From NCBI GenBank assembly GCA_964607865.1, contig CAZSLZ010000003.1:1-55204 (forward strand): DNA of 55,204 nt. The letters are read 5' to 3'. Origin of the DNA: an uncultured bacterium. GTDB taxonomy: Bacteria; Vulcanimicrobiota; JAJTBE01; CAZSLZ01. Below are positions 20,661 to 31,830 of the stretch, one piece after another. The position numbers were made by a program, and so were the translations under genes. Position 1 is the first letter of the stretch; every line of letters starts with the position of its first letter. The notes beneath the pieces are model-generated. The model had not been told where the DNA came from. It made no database searches and was given only the letters and a program-made list of their open reading frames with translations.

Positions 20661-21254
20661 ATGAAAATTACTGCAGCCGACGTAAAAAAACTGCGCGAAG
20701 AAACCGGCGCAGGAATGATGGATTGTAAAAAGGCTCTGACCAAGGCCGAGGGCGATATGGAAAAAGCGAAGAAAATTCTTCGTGAAGAGGGTATTGCCAA
20801 AGCTGAGAAAAAAGTTGACAGAGCCACCAAAAACGGAAGAATCGAGTCTTACATCCATATGGGCGGAAGAATCGGCGTGTTGGTTCAGGTTAACTGTGAA
20901 ACTGACTTTGTTGCCAGCAACGAAGAGTTTGTAAATCTTTGTAAAGAGTTGGCAATGCAGGTGGCGGCAACCCAGCCTTCCTACGTAGATCGTGAAGATG
21001 TGCCCGAGGATGTAGTGAATAAGGAAAAAGAGATTCTGAAAAACCTTACCTTGAAAGAGGGTAAACCAGAAAAGATCGTAGATAAGATTGTCGAGGGAAG
21101 AATCGGCAAGTTCTTTGAAGAGATTTGCCTTCTGGAACAGGCCTACATCAGGGACGACAAGAAAAAAATCCGGGATGTGGTAACCGAAGCAATCGCCAAA
21201 CTGGGTGAAAACATTAAAGTAAGCAGGTTTGTAAGATTTTCTTTGGGAGATTAA
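20661..21254 (+). CDS. tsf: Translation elongation factor Ts (short form)
   Basis: VKKLREETGAGMMDCKKAL, NCETDFVA. Confidence 0.97.
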   Translation: MKITAADVKKLREETGAGMMDCKKALTKAEGDMEKAKKILREEGIAKAEKKVDRATKNGRIESYIHMGGRIGVLVQVNCETDFVASNEEFVNLCKELAMQVAATQPSYVDREDVPEDVVNKEKEILKNLTLKEGKPEKIVDKIVEGRIGKFFEEICLLEQAYIRDDKKKIRDVVTEAIAKLGENIKVSRFVRFSLGD

Positions 21255-21265
21255 TCTTGTTTGCC

Positions 21266-21299
21266 GGGGCGAACTTCATAAAGGAGTTCGCCCTTTTTT
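21266..21299 (+). terminator. Rho-independent terminator
   Basis: GGGCGAACT...AGTTCGCCC followed by a T run. Confidence 0.75.
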
Positions 21300-21345
21300 A
21301 TTTAATATCTGTTTAAAACATGGAAAATTTAGTTGGAGTAAAATC

Positions 21346-22053
21346 ATGTCTAGATATAAGAGAGTTCTATTAAAGTTAAGCGGAGAAACCCTGGCAGGTG
21401 AAAATAAGGCAGGAATTGATAACGATACCCTGGAAATTTTTGCCGGCGAAGTAAAAAGAGTGGTTCAATCCGGTGTTCAACTGGGTATTGTGGTGGGCGG
21501 AGGCAACTTCTGGAGAGGCCGGACCGCCAGGGATATGGATCGAGCCACCGCAGACCAGATGGGAATGATGGCTACGGTTATTAATGCCCTGGGTTTGAGA
21601 GATGCTCTGGACCGGATTCATATCCCATCCCGGGTTTTAACCTCCATTGAAATCAAGGACGTGGCCGAACCGTTTATTCGACTGAGAGCCATAAGACACC
21701 TGGAAAAAGGCTATGTGGTAATCTTCGGCGGTGGAACAGGACACCCCTATTTTACTACCGATACCGCGGCAGCCCTCAGAGCATTGGAAATGAAAGCCGA
21801 CGTGCTTTTAAAAGCCACAAAAGTAAAGGGGATATATGATAAAGATCCCGAAAAATTTGAAGATGCCAAATATTTCAGCAAACTGACATATCAAAAAGCC
21901 CTGGAATTAGGAGTCAAAGTTATGGACTCAACTGCGCTTTCTCTCTGCATGGATAACCACCTGCCGATTCAGGTTTTCAATGTAAATGAACGGGGTAATC
22001 TTCTTAAAGCTGTATCTGGTGAAAAAGTGGGTACAGTGGTAGATATTGATTAA
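21346..22053 (+). CDS. pyrH: UMP kinase
   Basis: RVLLKLSGE, GGGNFWRG, GTGHPYFTTDTAAALRA. Confidence 0.97.
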   Translation: MSRYKRVLLKLSGETLAGENKAGIDNDTLEIFAGEVKRVVQSGVQLGIVVGGGNFWRGRTARDMDRATADQMGMMATVINALGLRDALDRIHIPSRVLTSIEIKDVAEPFIRLRAIRHLEKGYVVIFGGGTGHPYFTTDTAAALRALEMKADVLLKATKVKGIYDKDPEKFEDAKYFSKLTYQKALELGVKVMDSTALSLCMDNHLPIQVFNVNERGNLLKAVSGEKVGTVVDID

Positions 22054-22067
22054 GGAGGCAAACAATT

Positions 22068-22628
22068 ATGGTAGATAAAGAACTTTATAACGAAACTGAA
22101 GATCGAATGAAAAAGGCAATAGAAGCTATGGTGAAGGATTTTGCCAGCATAAGGACGGGACGGGCTTCTCCGGCCATTCTGGATCCCATCCGGGTCCCCG
22201 CCTACGGCCAGGAAATGCCCATCAAGCAATTGGCCAGTATTTCAGTCCCCGAGGCCAGAATGATTTTAATCCAGCCCTGGGATCAGAGTGTGGTGGGCGA
22301 GATAGAAAAGGCCATTCTGAAATCAGATCTGGGAATAAACCCCAACACCGATGGAAAGTTGATCCGGCTGGTATTTCCCCCTCTCACCGAAGAACGGCGT
22401 AAAGAGCTGGTAAAGGTGGTCAAGAAGAGAGGCGAGGAAGCCAAGATTTCTGTGAGAAATATCCGCCGCGACGCCATTGACTATTTAAAGGAAATGGAAA
22501 AAGAAAGCGAAATAACCAAAGACGACCTTCATCAGGGACAGGAAGAGATTCAAAAACTTACCGATAAATACACAGATGAAGTGGATGTGGTTATTGAGAA
22601 CAAAGAAAAAGAAATAATGGATATATAA
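22068..22628 (+). CDS. frr: Ribosome recycling factor
   Basis: IRTGRASP, PPLTEERRKELVK, VRNIRRDA. Confidence 0.97.
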   Translation: MVDKELYNETEDRMKKAIEAMVKDFASIRTGRASPAILDPIRVPAYGQEMPIKQLASISVPEARMILIQPWDQSVVGEIEKAILKSDLGINPNTDGKLIRLVFPPLTEERRKELVKVVKKRGEEAKISVRNIRRDAIDYLKEMEKESEITKDDLHQGQEEIQKLTDKYTDEVDVVIENKEKEIMDI

Positions 22629-22673
22629 GTAAAAAAGAAACATTAATTAAAACTTTAATAAATTTGCAGCTGC

Positions 22674-22710
22674 AAAAAAAACGAGGGTAAATTTTCCCTC
22701 GTTTTTATTT
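22674..22710 (+). terminator. Rho-independent terminator after frr
   Basis: AAAAACGAGGG...CCCTCGTTTTT. Confidence 0.7.
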
Positions 22711-22783
22711 ATACTGCCTCTGGAATTGTAAAATACTTATTCTGTTTTCCATAAGTCCGTCACATTTCCATAGCCCGCCATGG

Positions 22784-23050
22784 CGTCATTGCGCGGTTTC
22801 TCAGAAACCGTGGCAATCACAACTTAGATCGGGTTGGTTCAAAACCAATTTACCTGGGTGGTACAGAGATCGCCACGTCGCCTGGCGCTCCTCGCGATGA
22901 CGAAATTCGGGTTGGTTCCATACCCATTTACCTCGCGTTGGTGAGCGACTGAATTTTTCGCCGGGTAAAAAAAATATAATGCGAACAATATGTTCTCCCA
23001 TTCTAAATGGGATTCCCCAATTTTTAATTGAGGCGAACGATATATTCTTA
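22784..23050 (+). repeat. CGTC-tagged palindromic repeat element, copy C (rearranged modules)
   Basis: CGTCATTGCGCGGTTTCTCAGAAACCGTGGCAATC...GAGATCGCCACGTCGCCTGGCGCTCCTCGCGATGACG, then further GGGTTGGTTC and ATGCGAACAATAT modules. Confidence 0.88.
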
Positions 23051-23316
23051 TGTTATAAATGGGTTATATATGGGCTTCTCCTGTTACAAAGAAAAGCGGG
23101 TCAGATTTTAATGAAAGAATGAAGAATCATAATACTATTGTAACTTGAAATATCAATCAAGTAATTGATAAAGGAACAATTACAGACATATTTTGTTTTG
23201 AAATACAAGGAAAATTCAATAGTTTATATTGACAATCTTGTAATAATATTATAGTGTATATTATACACAAACAATTTTTAAAAACAGAGCAAACCCTGTA
23301 ATTGAGGGAAATGAGT

Positions 23317-24297
23317 ATGAATGCCGTGAAGAGAAAAAGTCAGAGGGGACGCGAAGAAAAAACACTCAATGTTTCTTTTTCAATGAATGCCCGGGAGGAG
23401 ATTTCCCGGAATTTTCCCGAAAAATTATGTTGTAAAGAAGCATTGTTGGCAGGCTATATTTTCTCTACAATCAGTTCGCCCCCACACAATGGAAACCTGC
23501 TGGAAATAAAAACCAGGCTTTCCAGTGTGGCCCGGCTGATATATAAAATTTTGAAAGAAGTTTCACAGGAAATAATCGAATGGAAATCGGACCGGGAAAA
23601 ATTTTTGTATAAAAGGAAAATATATCATATTTTCGCTCCTTTCACCCCTTCCATGCAGGAATACCTTCGGCGTTGGGGAATTTTTGCAAAACTGCAGAAA
23701 AAGAATATTCGCCGGGCTTGCTGCAGAAGGTTTTTTCTAGCGGGAGCATTTCTGGCAGCTGGTTCTGTGAGTTCTCCTGGCAATTATTATCACCTGGAAA
23801 TAACCCAGAAAGATATGGAAACTGCACGAACACTGGTAAAAATTATGGCAAGAATGGAAGTAACAGCTAAAATTATTCACCGGCGAAACAAAATTGTTGT
23901 TTATGTAAAAAAGGCTGAAAATATAGCTAATTTGTTGAATATACTGGGGGCATATAATGCTCTGCTGAAATTTGAAGAAATAAGAGCCATAAAGGAAACC
24001 AAGGAAGAAGTAAGAAGAAAGGTAAACGCAGAAACTTCCAATCTGGATAAAACCGCTAAAGCTGCCACAAGGCAGGTACATAATATATCCATATTGAAAG
24101 AAGCAGGTGTTTTACCCAGATTACCAAAGAAATTAAAACAGGCCGCAGATCTGCGGTTGGAATATCCTGAGGCCACTTTAAAAGAGTTGGGAGAACTTTT
24201 TTCCCCTCCACTGGCCAAGTCATCTGTTAACAGTCATCTCCGGCGACTGGAACAAATTGCCCGGAGTGTTAAAAATAAAAATGTAAAGATAAACTAA
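23317..24297 (+). CDS. whiA: DNA-binding protein WhiA
   Basis: FLAGAFLAAGSVSSP..YHLE, RKVNAETSNLDKT, LRLEYPEATLKELGE, KSSVNSHLRRL. The start codon is uncertain. Confidence 0.93.
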   Translation: MNAVKRKSQRGREEKTLNVSFSMNAREEISRNFPEKLCCKEALLAGYIFSTISSPPHNGNLLEIKTRLSSVARLIYKILKEVSQEIIEWKSDREKFLYKRKIYHIFAPFTPSMQEYLRRWGIFAKLQKKNIRRACCRRFFLAGAFLAAGSVSSPGNYYHLEITQKDMETARTLVKIMARMEVTAKIIHRRNKIVVYVKKAENIANLLNILGAYNALLKFEEIRAIKETKEEVRRKVNAETSNLDKTAKAATRQVHNISILKEAGVLPRLPKKLKQAADLRLEYPEATLKELGELFSPPLAKSSVNSHLRRLEQIARSVKNKNVKIN

Positions 24298-24309
24298 GGA
24301 GGAAAAAAT

Positions 24310-25320
24310 ATGAACGTTGGAATTAACGGTTTTGGTCGAATAGGCCGATTAGTCTTAAGAGGTTGGCTGAAACACAAAGATAGATATGACTTTGATGTGG
24401 TAGCCATTAACGATCTGGGAGATCCCACAACTATGGTACACCTTTTTAAATACGATTCCACCTTTGGCCCTTACGAGGGAGATGTAAAATATGAAGATGG
24501 AAAAATGATCATTGACGGTACCGAGATTAAAATGCTCTCAGAAAAAGACCCCACCAAATTACCCTGGAAAGAACTGGGTGTGGAATATGTGGTGGAATCC
24601 ACTGGCGTATTCAGAACCAAGGAAAAAGCCAGCCTGCATATGAAGGGCGGAGCCAGGAAAGTTATAATTTCAGCTCCTGCCAAGGGTAGCGACGTACATA
24701 CCATAGTTATGGGTGTTAATGAGAATACCTACAATCCCGAGGAACACGATGTACTGTCAAATGCATCCTGTACTACAAACTGCCTGGCTCCCGTAGCCAA
24801 AGTACTTCATGATAAATTTAAAATTGAAAGCGCTTTGATGACCACCATCCACGCTTACACCAACGACCAGAGAATTCTGGATCTGCCTCACAGCGATCTG
24901 AGAAGAGCCAGGGCAGCAGCTTTGAATATCATCCCCACCACCACCGGCGCTGCCAAAGCTACCGCCAAGGTTATTCCCGATTTAAAAGGAAAAATCGACG
25001 GAATGGCAATCAGAGTTCCCACCCCGGATGTTTCCGTTGTTGACCTGGTTGTAAAGGTGGAAAAATCCACTACCAGAGAAGAGGTAAATAATGCCCTTAA
25101 GGCTGCCACCAACGATTATCTTGGCTTCAGTGAAGAGCCCCTGGTAAGTATGGATTATAAGGGCAACAACCACTCCAGCATAGTGGATGCCGACAGCACC
25201 ATGGTTATTGAGGGAAATACCGTAAAAGTATTGGCCTGGTATGATAACGAATGGGGCTATTCCATGAGAATGCTTGACCTGATTGCCTATATGATGAAAA
25301 AATCACCGGCAAAGGTCTAA
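24310..25320 (+). CDS. gap: Glyceraldehyde-3-phosphate dehydrogenase (type I)
   Basis: [31 protein letters not shown]. Confidence 0.98.
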   Translation: MNVGINGFGRIGRLVLRGWLKHKDRYDFDVVAINDLGDPTTMVHLFKYDSTFGPYEGDVKYEDGKMIIDGTEIKMLSEKDPTKLPWKELGVEYVVESTGVFRTKEKASLHMKGGARKVIISAPAKGSDVHTIVMGVNENTYNPEEHDVLSNASCTTNCLAPVAKVLHDKFKIESALMTTIHAYTNDQRILDLPHSDLRRARAAALNIIPTTTGAAKATAKVIPDLKGKIDGMAIRVPTPDVSVVDLVVKVEKSTTREEVNNALKAATNDYLGFSEEPLVSMDYKGNNHSSIVDADSTMVIEGNTVKVLAWYDNEWGYSMRMLDLIAYMMKKSPAKV

Positions 25321-25340
25321 AAAAAACAAATAATAATAAC

Positions 25341-25372
25341 AAAGAGCAGGAGCGTAAAGCTCCTGCTCTTTT
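25341..25372 (+). terminator. Hairpin/terminator after gap
   Basis: AAAGAGCAGGAGC-GTAAA-GCTCCTGCTCTTTT. Confidence 0.7.
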
Positions 25373-25395
25373 CAAAATTATAACGAGGTGAATAT

Positions 25396-26589
25396 ATGAA
25401 TAAGGCAACGGTAAAAGATGTTGATGTTAAAAATAAAAGGGTACTCATGAGGGTTGATTTCAATGTGCCCCTCAAAGACGGCGATGTCAAGGACGATACC
25501 CGAATCAGAAAAGCTCTGCCCACAATTAAATATGTACTCGATCAAAATGCCAAACTGATCCTCATGTCACACCTGGGAAGACCCAAGGGCGAGGTTAAAG
25601 CTGAACTTAAAATGGACCCGGTAGCCAGAAAATTATCGGAACTTCTGGGCAAAAATGTAACCAAACTTGATGACTGTGTGGGACAGGAAGTTAAAGACAG
25701 AGTAATGGCAATGAAAAACGGCGATGTAATCCTTCTTGAAAACACCCGCTTCCATAAAGAGGAAAAGAAAAACGACCCCAATTTTGCAAAAGAACTGGCA
25801 GAACTTGGTGAAGTCTATGTGAATGATGCTTTTGGAACCGCCCACCGGGCCCATGCATCCACAGAGGGAGTTGCAAAACATTTACCCGCAGTGGCAGGGT
25901 TCCTTATTGAAAAAGAACTCGAATTTCTGGGCAAGGTGCTCAGAGATCCTGAAAAACCCTTCTATGTTATTCTTGGTGGCGCAAAAGTAAGTGATAAAAT
26001 CGGTGTAATTAAAAACCTGCTCGACACATGCGACGGATTTATCATAGGTGGAGGCATGGCTTTCTCCTTCCTTAAAGCTGAGGGTTACAACATCGGAAAA
26101 TCCCTTTGTGATCCGGACCTGGAGAAGGTAAAAGATATTATGAAAACTGTTTCTGATAAAGGGCTTACTTTCGCTCTGCCTGATGATGTTACTGCTACTG
26201 ATGATCCCAGTGGAAACGGTAAATCAGAAACCGTGGAAAAGGATAATATCCCTTCAAATATGATGGGTGTTGATATTGGCCCCAAAACCATCGAAAAATT
26301 CAAGAAATTAATTGCCAATGCCCGAACCGTTTTCTGGAACGGCCCCATGGGTATTTTCGAGGTGGATGAGTTTGCCCGGGGAACCATGGAAATTGCCAAG
26401 GCAGTTGCTGAAGTTGATGGAACCACGGTAATCGGTGGCGGTGATTCAGTGTCTGCCATCATGAAAGCCGGCGTTGAAGATAAAATTACACATATTTCCA
26501 CTGGCGGCGGCGCATCCCTGGAGTTTGTCGAAGGAAAAGAACTTCCAGGAGTTGTAGCATTAATGGATAAACAAAAAATAAAAGCATAA
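25396..26589 (+). CDS. pgk: Phosphoglycerate kinase
   Basis: [37 protein letters not shown]. Confidence 0.98.
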   Translation: MNKATVKDVDVKNKRVLMRVDFNVPLKDGDVKDDTRIRKALPTIKYVLDQNAKLILMSHLGRPKGEVKAELKMDPVARKLSELLGKNVTKLDDCVGQEVKDRVMAMKNGDVILLENTRFHKEEKKNDPNFAKELAELGEVYVNDAFGTAHRAHASTEGVAKHLPAVAGFLIEKELEFLGKVLRDPEKPFYVILGGAKVSDKIGVIKNLLDTCDGFIIGGGMAFSFLKAEGYNIGKSLCDPDLEKVKDIMKTVSDKGLTFALPDDVTATDDPSGNGKSETVEKDNIPSNMMGVDIGPKTIEKFKKLIANARTVFWNGPMGIFEVDEFARGTMEIAKAVAEVDGTTVIGGGDSVSAIMKAGVEDKITHISTGGGASLEFVEGKELPGVVALMDKQKIKA

Positions 26590-26610
26590 TATTATAAAGG
26601 AGCCAAAATA

Positions 26611-27378
26611 ATGAGAGTACCATTTTTAGCAGGCAACTGGAAAATGCATAAAACCGTAAGAGATGCAGTTAATCTGGTTGAAGATTTAATTAAAAATACC
26701 AGCGATGTAAAAGATCGGGAAGTAGTGGTTGGCCCCACTTTCACGGCATTACATCCTGTATCCCAGGCCCTGAAGGGGTCCACTGTAAAACTGGCAGCCC
26801 AGAATATGTATTTCGAGGAGAAAGGCGCTTTCACCGGCGAAATTTCACCTCTTATGCTCAAGGATGTGGGCTGTCGCTATGTCATTCTGGGGCACTCCGA
26901 AAGAAGAAACATTTTCGGTGAAACCGATGAACTGATAAATAAAAAACTCAAAGCAGCCTTCAATTTCGGCCTTATTCCCATTCTTTGCGTTGGCGAGTCT
27001 TTAAAACAGAGAGAAGCCGGCGAAACCAAATCATGGGTGGAATCTCAGGTCAAAAAAGATCTGGAAGGCCTGACTTCTTCAGAAATTGAAAAAATGGTCA
27101 TAGCTTACGAACCCATCTGGGCCATTGGAACCGGCAAGACCGACACGCCCGAAGGCGCCAATGAAACCATAGGAATGGTTCGCAACCTGCTGGTGGACAA
27201 AGCATCCCACGAGGTGGCGCAGAAAGTCCGGATTCTTTATGGCGGTTCGGTAAAACCCAATAATATTGACAGTTTCATGGCCACCAGAGAGATCGACGGC
27301 GCCCTGGTAGGAGGGGCTTCCCTTAAAGCTGACGATTTTACCAGAATTGTAAAGTTTGAACCCCTGGTAAAAGCATAA
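26611..27378 (+). CDS. tpiA: Triosephosphate isomerase
   Basis: [37 protein letters not shown]. Confidence 0.98.
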   Translation: MRVPFLAGNWKMHKTVRDAVNLVEDLIKNTSDVKDREVVVGPTFTALHPVSQALKGSTVKLAAQNMYFEEKGAFTGEISPLMLKDVGCRYVILGHSERRNIFGETDELINKKLKAAFNFGLIPILCVGESLKQREAGETKSWVESQVKKDLEGLTSSEIEKMVIAYEPIWAIGTGKTDTPEGANETIGMVRNLLVDKASHEVAQKVRILYGGSVKPNNIDSFMATREIDGALVGGASLKADDFTRIVKFEPLVKA

Positions 27379-27390
27379 ATGTAACAATTC

Positions 27391-27418
27391 GGGGAGTAAC
27401 TTTTATGAGTTACTCCCC
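27391..27418 (+). terminator. Hairpin after tpiA
   Basis: GGGGAGTAACT...AGTTACTCCCC; the T-tract is weak. Confidence 0.55.
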
Positions 27419-27496
27419 TCATTAAAAAAAATTGAGAAATGTATCATTCGCATTTCAGTTTGTTTAACAGGCGAAAAAAACGGCCACTCACCGGTA

Positions 27497-27590
27497 CAAG
27501 GTAAGTGGGTTGTGTACCTCCCCAAATTTCGCCATCGCGAGGAGCGCCAGGCGACGTGGCAATCTCTGTACCACTCAGCTATGTGGGTTG
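27497..27590 (-). repeat. CGTC-tagged palindromic repeat element, copy D (short)
   Basis: CAAGGTAAGTGGG...CGCCATCGCGAGGAGCGCCAGGCGACGTGGCAATCTCTGTACCAC is the near-exact reverse complement of the right arm of copy C. Confidence 0.85.
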
Positions 27591-27685
27591 TGAGATATCT
27601 ATTGTGGATATAAAATAGACAAAATATTTTATTACACCATAAAACTAAATATAAGCCAAACCGGCTTCAAAGGTGATTTTAAAAA

Positions 27686-28375
27686 ATGAAAAGTAAAAAA
27701 TTCTTACAATTGTTAAGCTTGTTTATAATTATTTCCACTTTTCCACTTTGGGCTTCCGGTGAAACAATTATTACCGAAAGAAGTAGCCTGTATCAGCCCC
27801 GGGGGTTCAAGGACATTGACTTTGTAGTGGAATTCGGCCCACTGGGCCTTACCCTGGAGGAATTGGGAGAAAATATCGACCGCTGCCTGCTTTACAGTGA
27901 TGTGGCGGGCCTGGTAAAAGTAGCTCTTGAATTGGGAATTCAGGAAAAAAGATCGGGAAGAAGATCGGTATATATTACTTCAACCCGTTTACTGAAAACC
28001 GCAGAGCATATTGCAAAAACCCTGCCTGATAAAAAAGGGCTTGATTTGATTCAGACAGCCTATAAAAATAACCGTGCTTCTTTTTATAACCCCGAAAAAG
28101 CCAGCAGGTTACAGAAATATATTGAAAATTTTGACAAACAAAAGAAAAATTACAATTCCACTATTATTATTGTAAACAATTCCCTGGAATCGTCGGTACT
28201 TTTTTATATAGATGATATTTTTCGAGGAGAAGTGCAAGCTGGTAAACAGATTGTAGTAACCAATATAAAACCCGGCAAAATAAAGCTTGAAGGCACCAAT
28301 GCAGAAGATTTGAAATGGGGGCCCAGGAAAACTTTTGTGGGCAAAGATCAGATTCTTCACTGGAAACTTTACTGA
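27686..28375 (+). CDS. Secreted hypothetical protein
   Basis: Signal peptide; C-terminal beta-rich PEGA-like segment (IVNNS...FYIDD..RGEV). Confidence 0.7.
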   Translation: MKSKKFLQLLSLFIIISTFPLWASGETIITERSSLYQPRGFKDIDFVVEFGPLGLTLEELGENIDRCLLYSDVAGLVKVALELGIQEKRSGRRSVYITSTRLLKTAEHIAKTLPDKKGLDLIQTAYKNNRASFYNPEKASRLQKYIENFDKQKKNYNSTIIIVNNSLESSVLFYIDDIFRGEVQAGKQIVVTNIKPGKIKLEGTNAEDLKWGPRKTFVGKDQILHWKLY

Positions 28376-28406
28376 GGTTTTGTCTATATTAACAATTGAG
28401 GTAAAT

Positions 28407-29039
28407 ATGAAATATAAAATTGACTTGCACGTCCACACAACTACTTCTTCATGCAGTGGTTTTTCACCGCAGCAATTGGTAGAAAAGGTAAAAGAATTCA
28501 AACCCTACGCTGTAACCATTACCAACCACCACAATTATACCGGTGATGTAACTTTCTTACAGGAAAAAATAGGCCAGATGGGCATACCTTTTTTTGCCGG
28601 TATGGAAATAACCAACAACTGGGGTGATTTCTTATTGTTCGGCAAAGATCTTAAAACATTCAAAGGCCATCGCGGAAACTTTCCCACAGATTTACTGCCG
28701 GATCCGGATATAGCTGTGGTCTGGGCTCATCCTTACCGTTTTATGAATGAAGATGAAATTAACAGAATAAAATATGATGTAGTGAATTACATCGATGCTA
28801 TCGAAGGGGTTAACGGAAACTGCCTGAAAGGTTGTCCCCAGGCTAACTATCAGGCATTGAACCTGGCAGAAGAATTGGATCTGCCCACAACCGCTGGTTC
28901 TGATTCCCATAACAGAAAAATGTTTTTTATGACCTGGACCGAGTTTGATAACCCCATCGAAACCTACGATGATCTTATTTTTAATTTGAAACAGGGCAAT
29001 TTTGAAATAGAAGATACACAGTGGAAAAAATATGGTTGA
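28407..29039 (+). CDS. PHP domain metal-dependent phosphoesterase
   Basis: IDLHVHT, ITNHH, GME, AHPYR, AIEGVN, AGSDSH; GAGG RBS before ATG 28407. Confidence 0.9.
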   Translation: MKYKIDLHVHTTTSSCSGFSPQQLVEKVKEFKPYAVTITNHHNYTGDVTFLQEKIGQMGIPFFAGMEITNNWGDFLLFGKDLKTFKGHRGNFPTDLLPDPDIAVVWAHPYRFMNEDEINRIKYDVVNYIDAIEGVNGNCLKGCPQANYQALNLAEELDLPTTAGSDSHNRKMFFMTWTEFDNPIETYDDLIFNLKQGNFEIEDTQWKKYG

Positions 29040-29042
29040 TAA

Positions 29043-29681
29043 TTAAGAATGTTTCTTATATTTTTCCAGCCAGGCTGTAAGTTTATCCATATCTTTTCTT
29101 CTTATTAAAGTGAGGGTTTGCAGTTGGTTTAACTTCAGCGTTACCTTGAAAACTTCTTCATCCAGCACTGGAGCCCGTTTTATGTCATCGAATATCGAAA
29201 TTTCATCGGGATTCAGAATCAAAATAAATTGGGTGTTTATATTAATAAGAATAAAATATTTTTTATAAAAAAAACCGTTCCATTTCTTTAAATGGTAATT
29301 CAAAGCTTTAATAGCTATGGAATCTTTATCTTCATGGGGATAACTGACGGTGTATTTTTCACAAAGTTTTTCAATTTTTTCTCTTTTGTTTAAATCTTCA
29401 TTTTGATAAGATCGAATTGATTTGCGATAATCGATAAAATCGGGAATAATTCTGATTCCAAGAAAAACAATAACCAGAATGATTATACCAGCAAGAGTCT
29501 GATTTTTTGCCGTATTGGCTCCCTGAGCTATGGAATGCATATAATAGAAACCAGCTACAATGAGGAATGCAAAAAAAATCTGGATAACTGAAGCTGAAAT
29601 CAGGTTATATCTGTTTTGTTTCATCTCATTCCATTTTTTTACCAGTTCCTGGTTTTCAATAAAAAAATCTAAATTTTCCAT
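29043..29681 (-). CDS. Hypothetical membrane protein (2 TM)
   Basis: Two hydrophobic helices; begins 2 bp after the mnmG stop. Confidence 0.65.
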   Translation of the reverse strand: MENLDFFIENQELVKKWNEMKQNRYNLISASVIQIFFAFLIVAGFYYMHSIAQGANTAKNQTLAGIIILVIVFLGIRIIPDFIDYRKSIRSYQNEDLNKREKIEKLCEKYTVSYPHEDKDSIAIKALNYHLKKWNGFFYKKYFILININTQFILILNPDEISIFDDIKRAPVLDEEVFKVTLKLNQLQTLTLIRRKDMDKLTAWLEKYKKHS

Positions 29682-29683
29682 TA

Positions 29684-31615
29684 TCAGACCACAATTCTCA
29701 TTTTATTCAAATAAATGAGCACAATTGAAACATCAGAAGGGTTGACCCCAGAGATCCGGGAGGCCTGGCCCGCTGAATGGGGGCGTATTTCCTTTAATTT
29801 CTGCCGTGCCTCTGTTCTCAGTGATTTTATCTTATCATAATCAATATCATCGGGAATGATGATATTTTCCAACCGCCGGAATTTCTCAATCTGCTCCATC
29901 TGGCGATCGATATAACCCGAATATTTTATTCTTATCTGAACCTGCTCAGCTTCAACCTCGCTTATTACACATCTATCACTTATTTCTATTTCTTTCAGGC
30001 ATTCCTGGTTACGGTAAATAATTGGGGCGTTTTTATCTACCTGTTGAATTTTATCGTAAGTAACCTCAGGCCGTTTCAAAAGCTCATAATAGGAAACCCC
30101 TGGCTTGATATTACTGTCAAAAAGCTCAGATAACCTCCGGGCATCCCTGCCTTTTACCCTGTTTTCCTTCAATCGGTTAATTTCATTTTCAATATTTTCC
30201 ATCTTGTTTTTAAAATTCCGGTATCTTTCTTCTGAAATCAACCCCAGCCTGTAGCCGACTGGGGTCAACCGTTCATCGGCATTATCCTGGCGCAGAGTCA
30301 AGCGGTATTCACACCTTGAAGAAAACATACGGTAGGGTTCCCGGGTTCCCAGGGTAACCAGATCATCCACCAGAACCCCCATATAAGCCTCATCCCTGCC
30401 AAGAATCAGGGGAGCCTTATTATCCAATAACAGAACCGCATTTATTGCTGCCAATAAACCCTGAGCGCCGGCTTCCTCGTAACCCGAGGTCCCGTTTATC
30501 TGGCCTGCCAGGAAAAGACTTTTAATTTTTCTGGATTCCAACCAGGGATGAAGTTGGGTGGGAGGTACATAATCGTATTCAATAGCATAGCCGGGACGCA
30601 TTATCTCAGCTTTTTCCAACCCTGTAACAGTTTTTATATAGGATTCCTGAACATCAATGGGCAGGCTGGTTGACAAGCCCTGGACATAAATTTCCAAAGT
30701 GTCCAGCCCTTCAGGTTCAAGAAAAACCTGATGGGTAATTTTATCGGGAAAACGTAAAATCTTATCTTCAATTGAAGGGCAATATCGAGGCCCCACACCT
30801 TCAATTTTCTTCTGATCCCCATGGAGGGGTGAGCGATGCATATTTTCCAGAATGATATCCCGGGTTTCCCTGGTGGTGTAGGTCAGGAAGCAGGGAACCT
30901 GGCCCGGTTTTACTTCTTTTTTTGTTTCGAAGGAAAAGGTATGGGGTAAATTATCGGGATACTGGGGAGTGGTTTTCGAGTAATCAATGGTTCTTTTATC
31001 CACCCTGGGCACAGTCCCCGTTTTTAACCTGCCCAATTCCAGGCCCAGAGATTTAAGAGATTCAGAAAGCTCGTTGGAGGGAAATTCCCCGGATCGTCCC
31101 GCAGGATAAGTAAACTCTCCGATATGAATCAATCCCCGAAGAAAGGTACCAGTGGTTACAATAACAGCAGAGCTCAGATACTCCCATCCAGTTATGGTTC
31201 GAATCCCCTTTACTTCACCATTTTCTGTTAGAATATGGGTCACCATTTCCTGTTTTAAATCCAGGTTTTGCGCATTCTCCATTATATTTTTCATATCAAA
31301 TTGATAGTTTTTCCGGGCAACCTGGGCGCGAAGGGCCTGAACCGCCGGGCCTTTTCCCGTGTTTAACATCCTTATATGAATCTGATGCCGGTCGGCGGTT
31401 TTAGCCATCTGCCCCCCCATTGCATCTATTTCGCGGCATAACTGGCCTTTTGCAGGCCCGCCAATTGAAGGGTTACAGGGCATGAGAGCTGTGGTATCCA
31501 TATTTATTGTGCAGCAAAGAGTCCTGGCGCCCATTCTGGCTGAAGCCAGGGCAGCTTCAACCCCGGCATGCCCCGCGCCCACAACGATTACATCATATTT
31601 TTTGTTATATTTCAT
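29684..31615 (-). CDS. mnmG: tRNA uridine-5-carboxymethylaminomethyl(34) synthesis enzyme MnmG
   Basis: VVGAGHAGVEAA, CNPSIGGPAKG, GPRYCPSIEDK, AGQINGTSGYEEA. Confidence 0.98.
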   Translation of the reverse strand: MKYNKKYDVIVVGAGHAGVEAALASARMGARTLCCTINMDTTALMPCNPSIGGPAKGQLCREIDAMGGQMAKTADRHQIHIRMLNTGKGPAVQALRAQVARKNYQFDMKNIMENAQNLDLKQEMVTHILTENGEVKGIRTITGWEYLSSAVIVTTGTFLRGLIHIGEFTYPAGRSGEFPSNELSESLKSLGLELGRLKTGTVPRVDKRTIDYSKTTPQYPDNLPHTFSFETKKEVKPGQVPCFLTYTTRETRDIILENMHRSPLHGDQKKIEGVGPRYCPSIEDKILRFPDKITHQVFLEPEGLDTLEIYVQGLSTSLPIDVQESYIKTVTGLEKAEIMRPGYAIEYDYVPPTQLHPWLESRKIKSLFLAGQINGTSGYEEAGAQGLLAAINAVLLLDNKAPLILGRDEAYMGVLVDDLVTLGTREPYRMFSSRCEYRLTLRQDNADERLTPVGYRLGLISEERYRNFKNKMENIENEINRLKENRVKGRDARRLSELFDSNIKPGVSYYELLKRPEVTYDKIQQVDKNAPIIYRNQECLKEIEISDRCVISEVEAEQVQIRIKYSGYIDRQMEQIEKFRRLENIIIPDDIDYDKIKSLRTEARQKLKEIRPHSAGQASRISGVNPSDVSIVLIYLNKMRIVV

Positions 31616-31830
31616 ATATTCTCCGTTTTGCTTCTTTTACAGCCTATGTTACATATTTACTGTGGTTTATTTCATTCCTGCCATTAATAATGCCGTTTGA
31701 AAACCTATTTGATTAATTTGGAATAAATACTCAGAATAACTTGCCAAAGGAATTTTCAATTCTGTTTCATCTGCGCAGTATGTATGCAAACAAACTCCAG
31801 GTTGAAAAAACCAATTTTTTGTACAAATTC

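Noticed and set aside
23229-23257. TTGACA promoter upstream of whiA
   Set aside because: The -35 is perfect, but the best -10 candidates have poor spacing or sequence, so it is not called.
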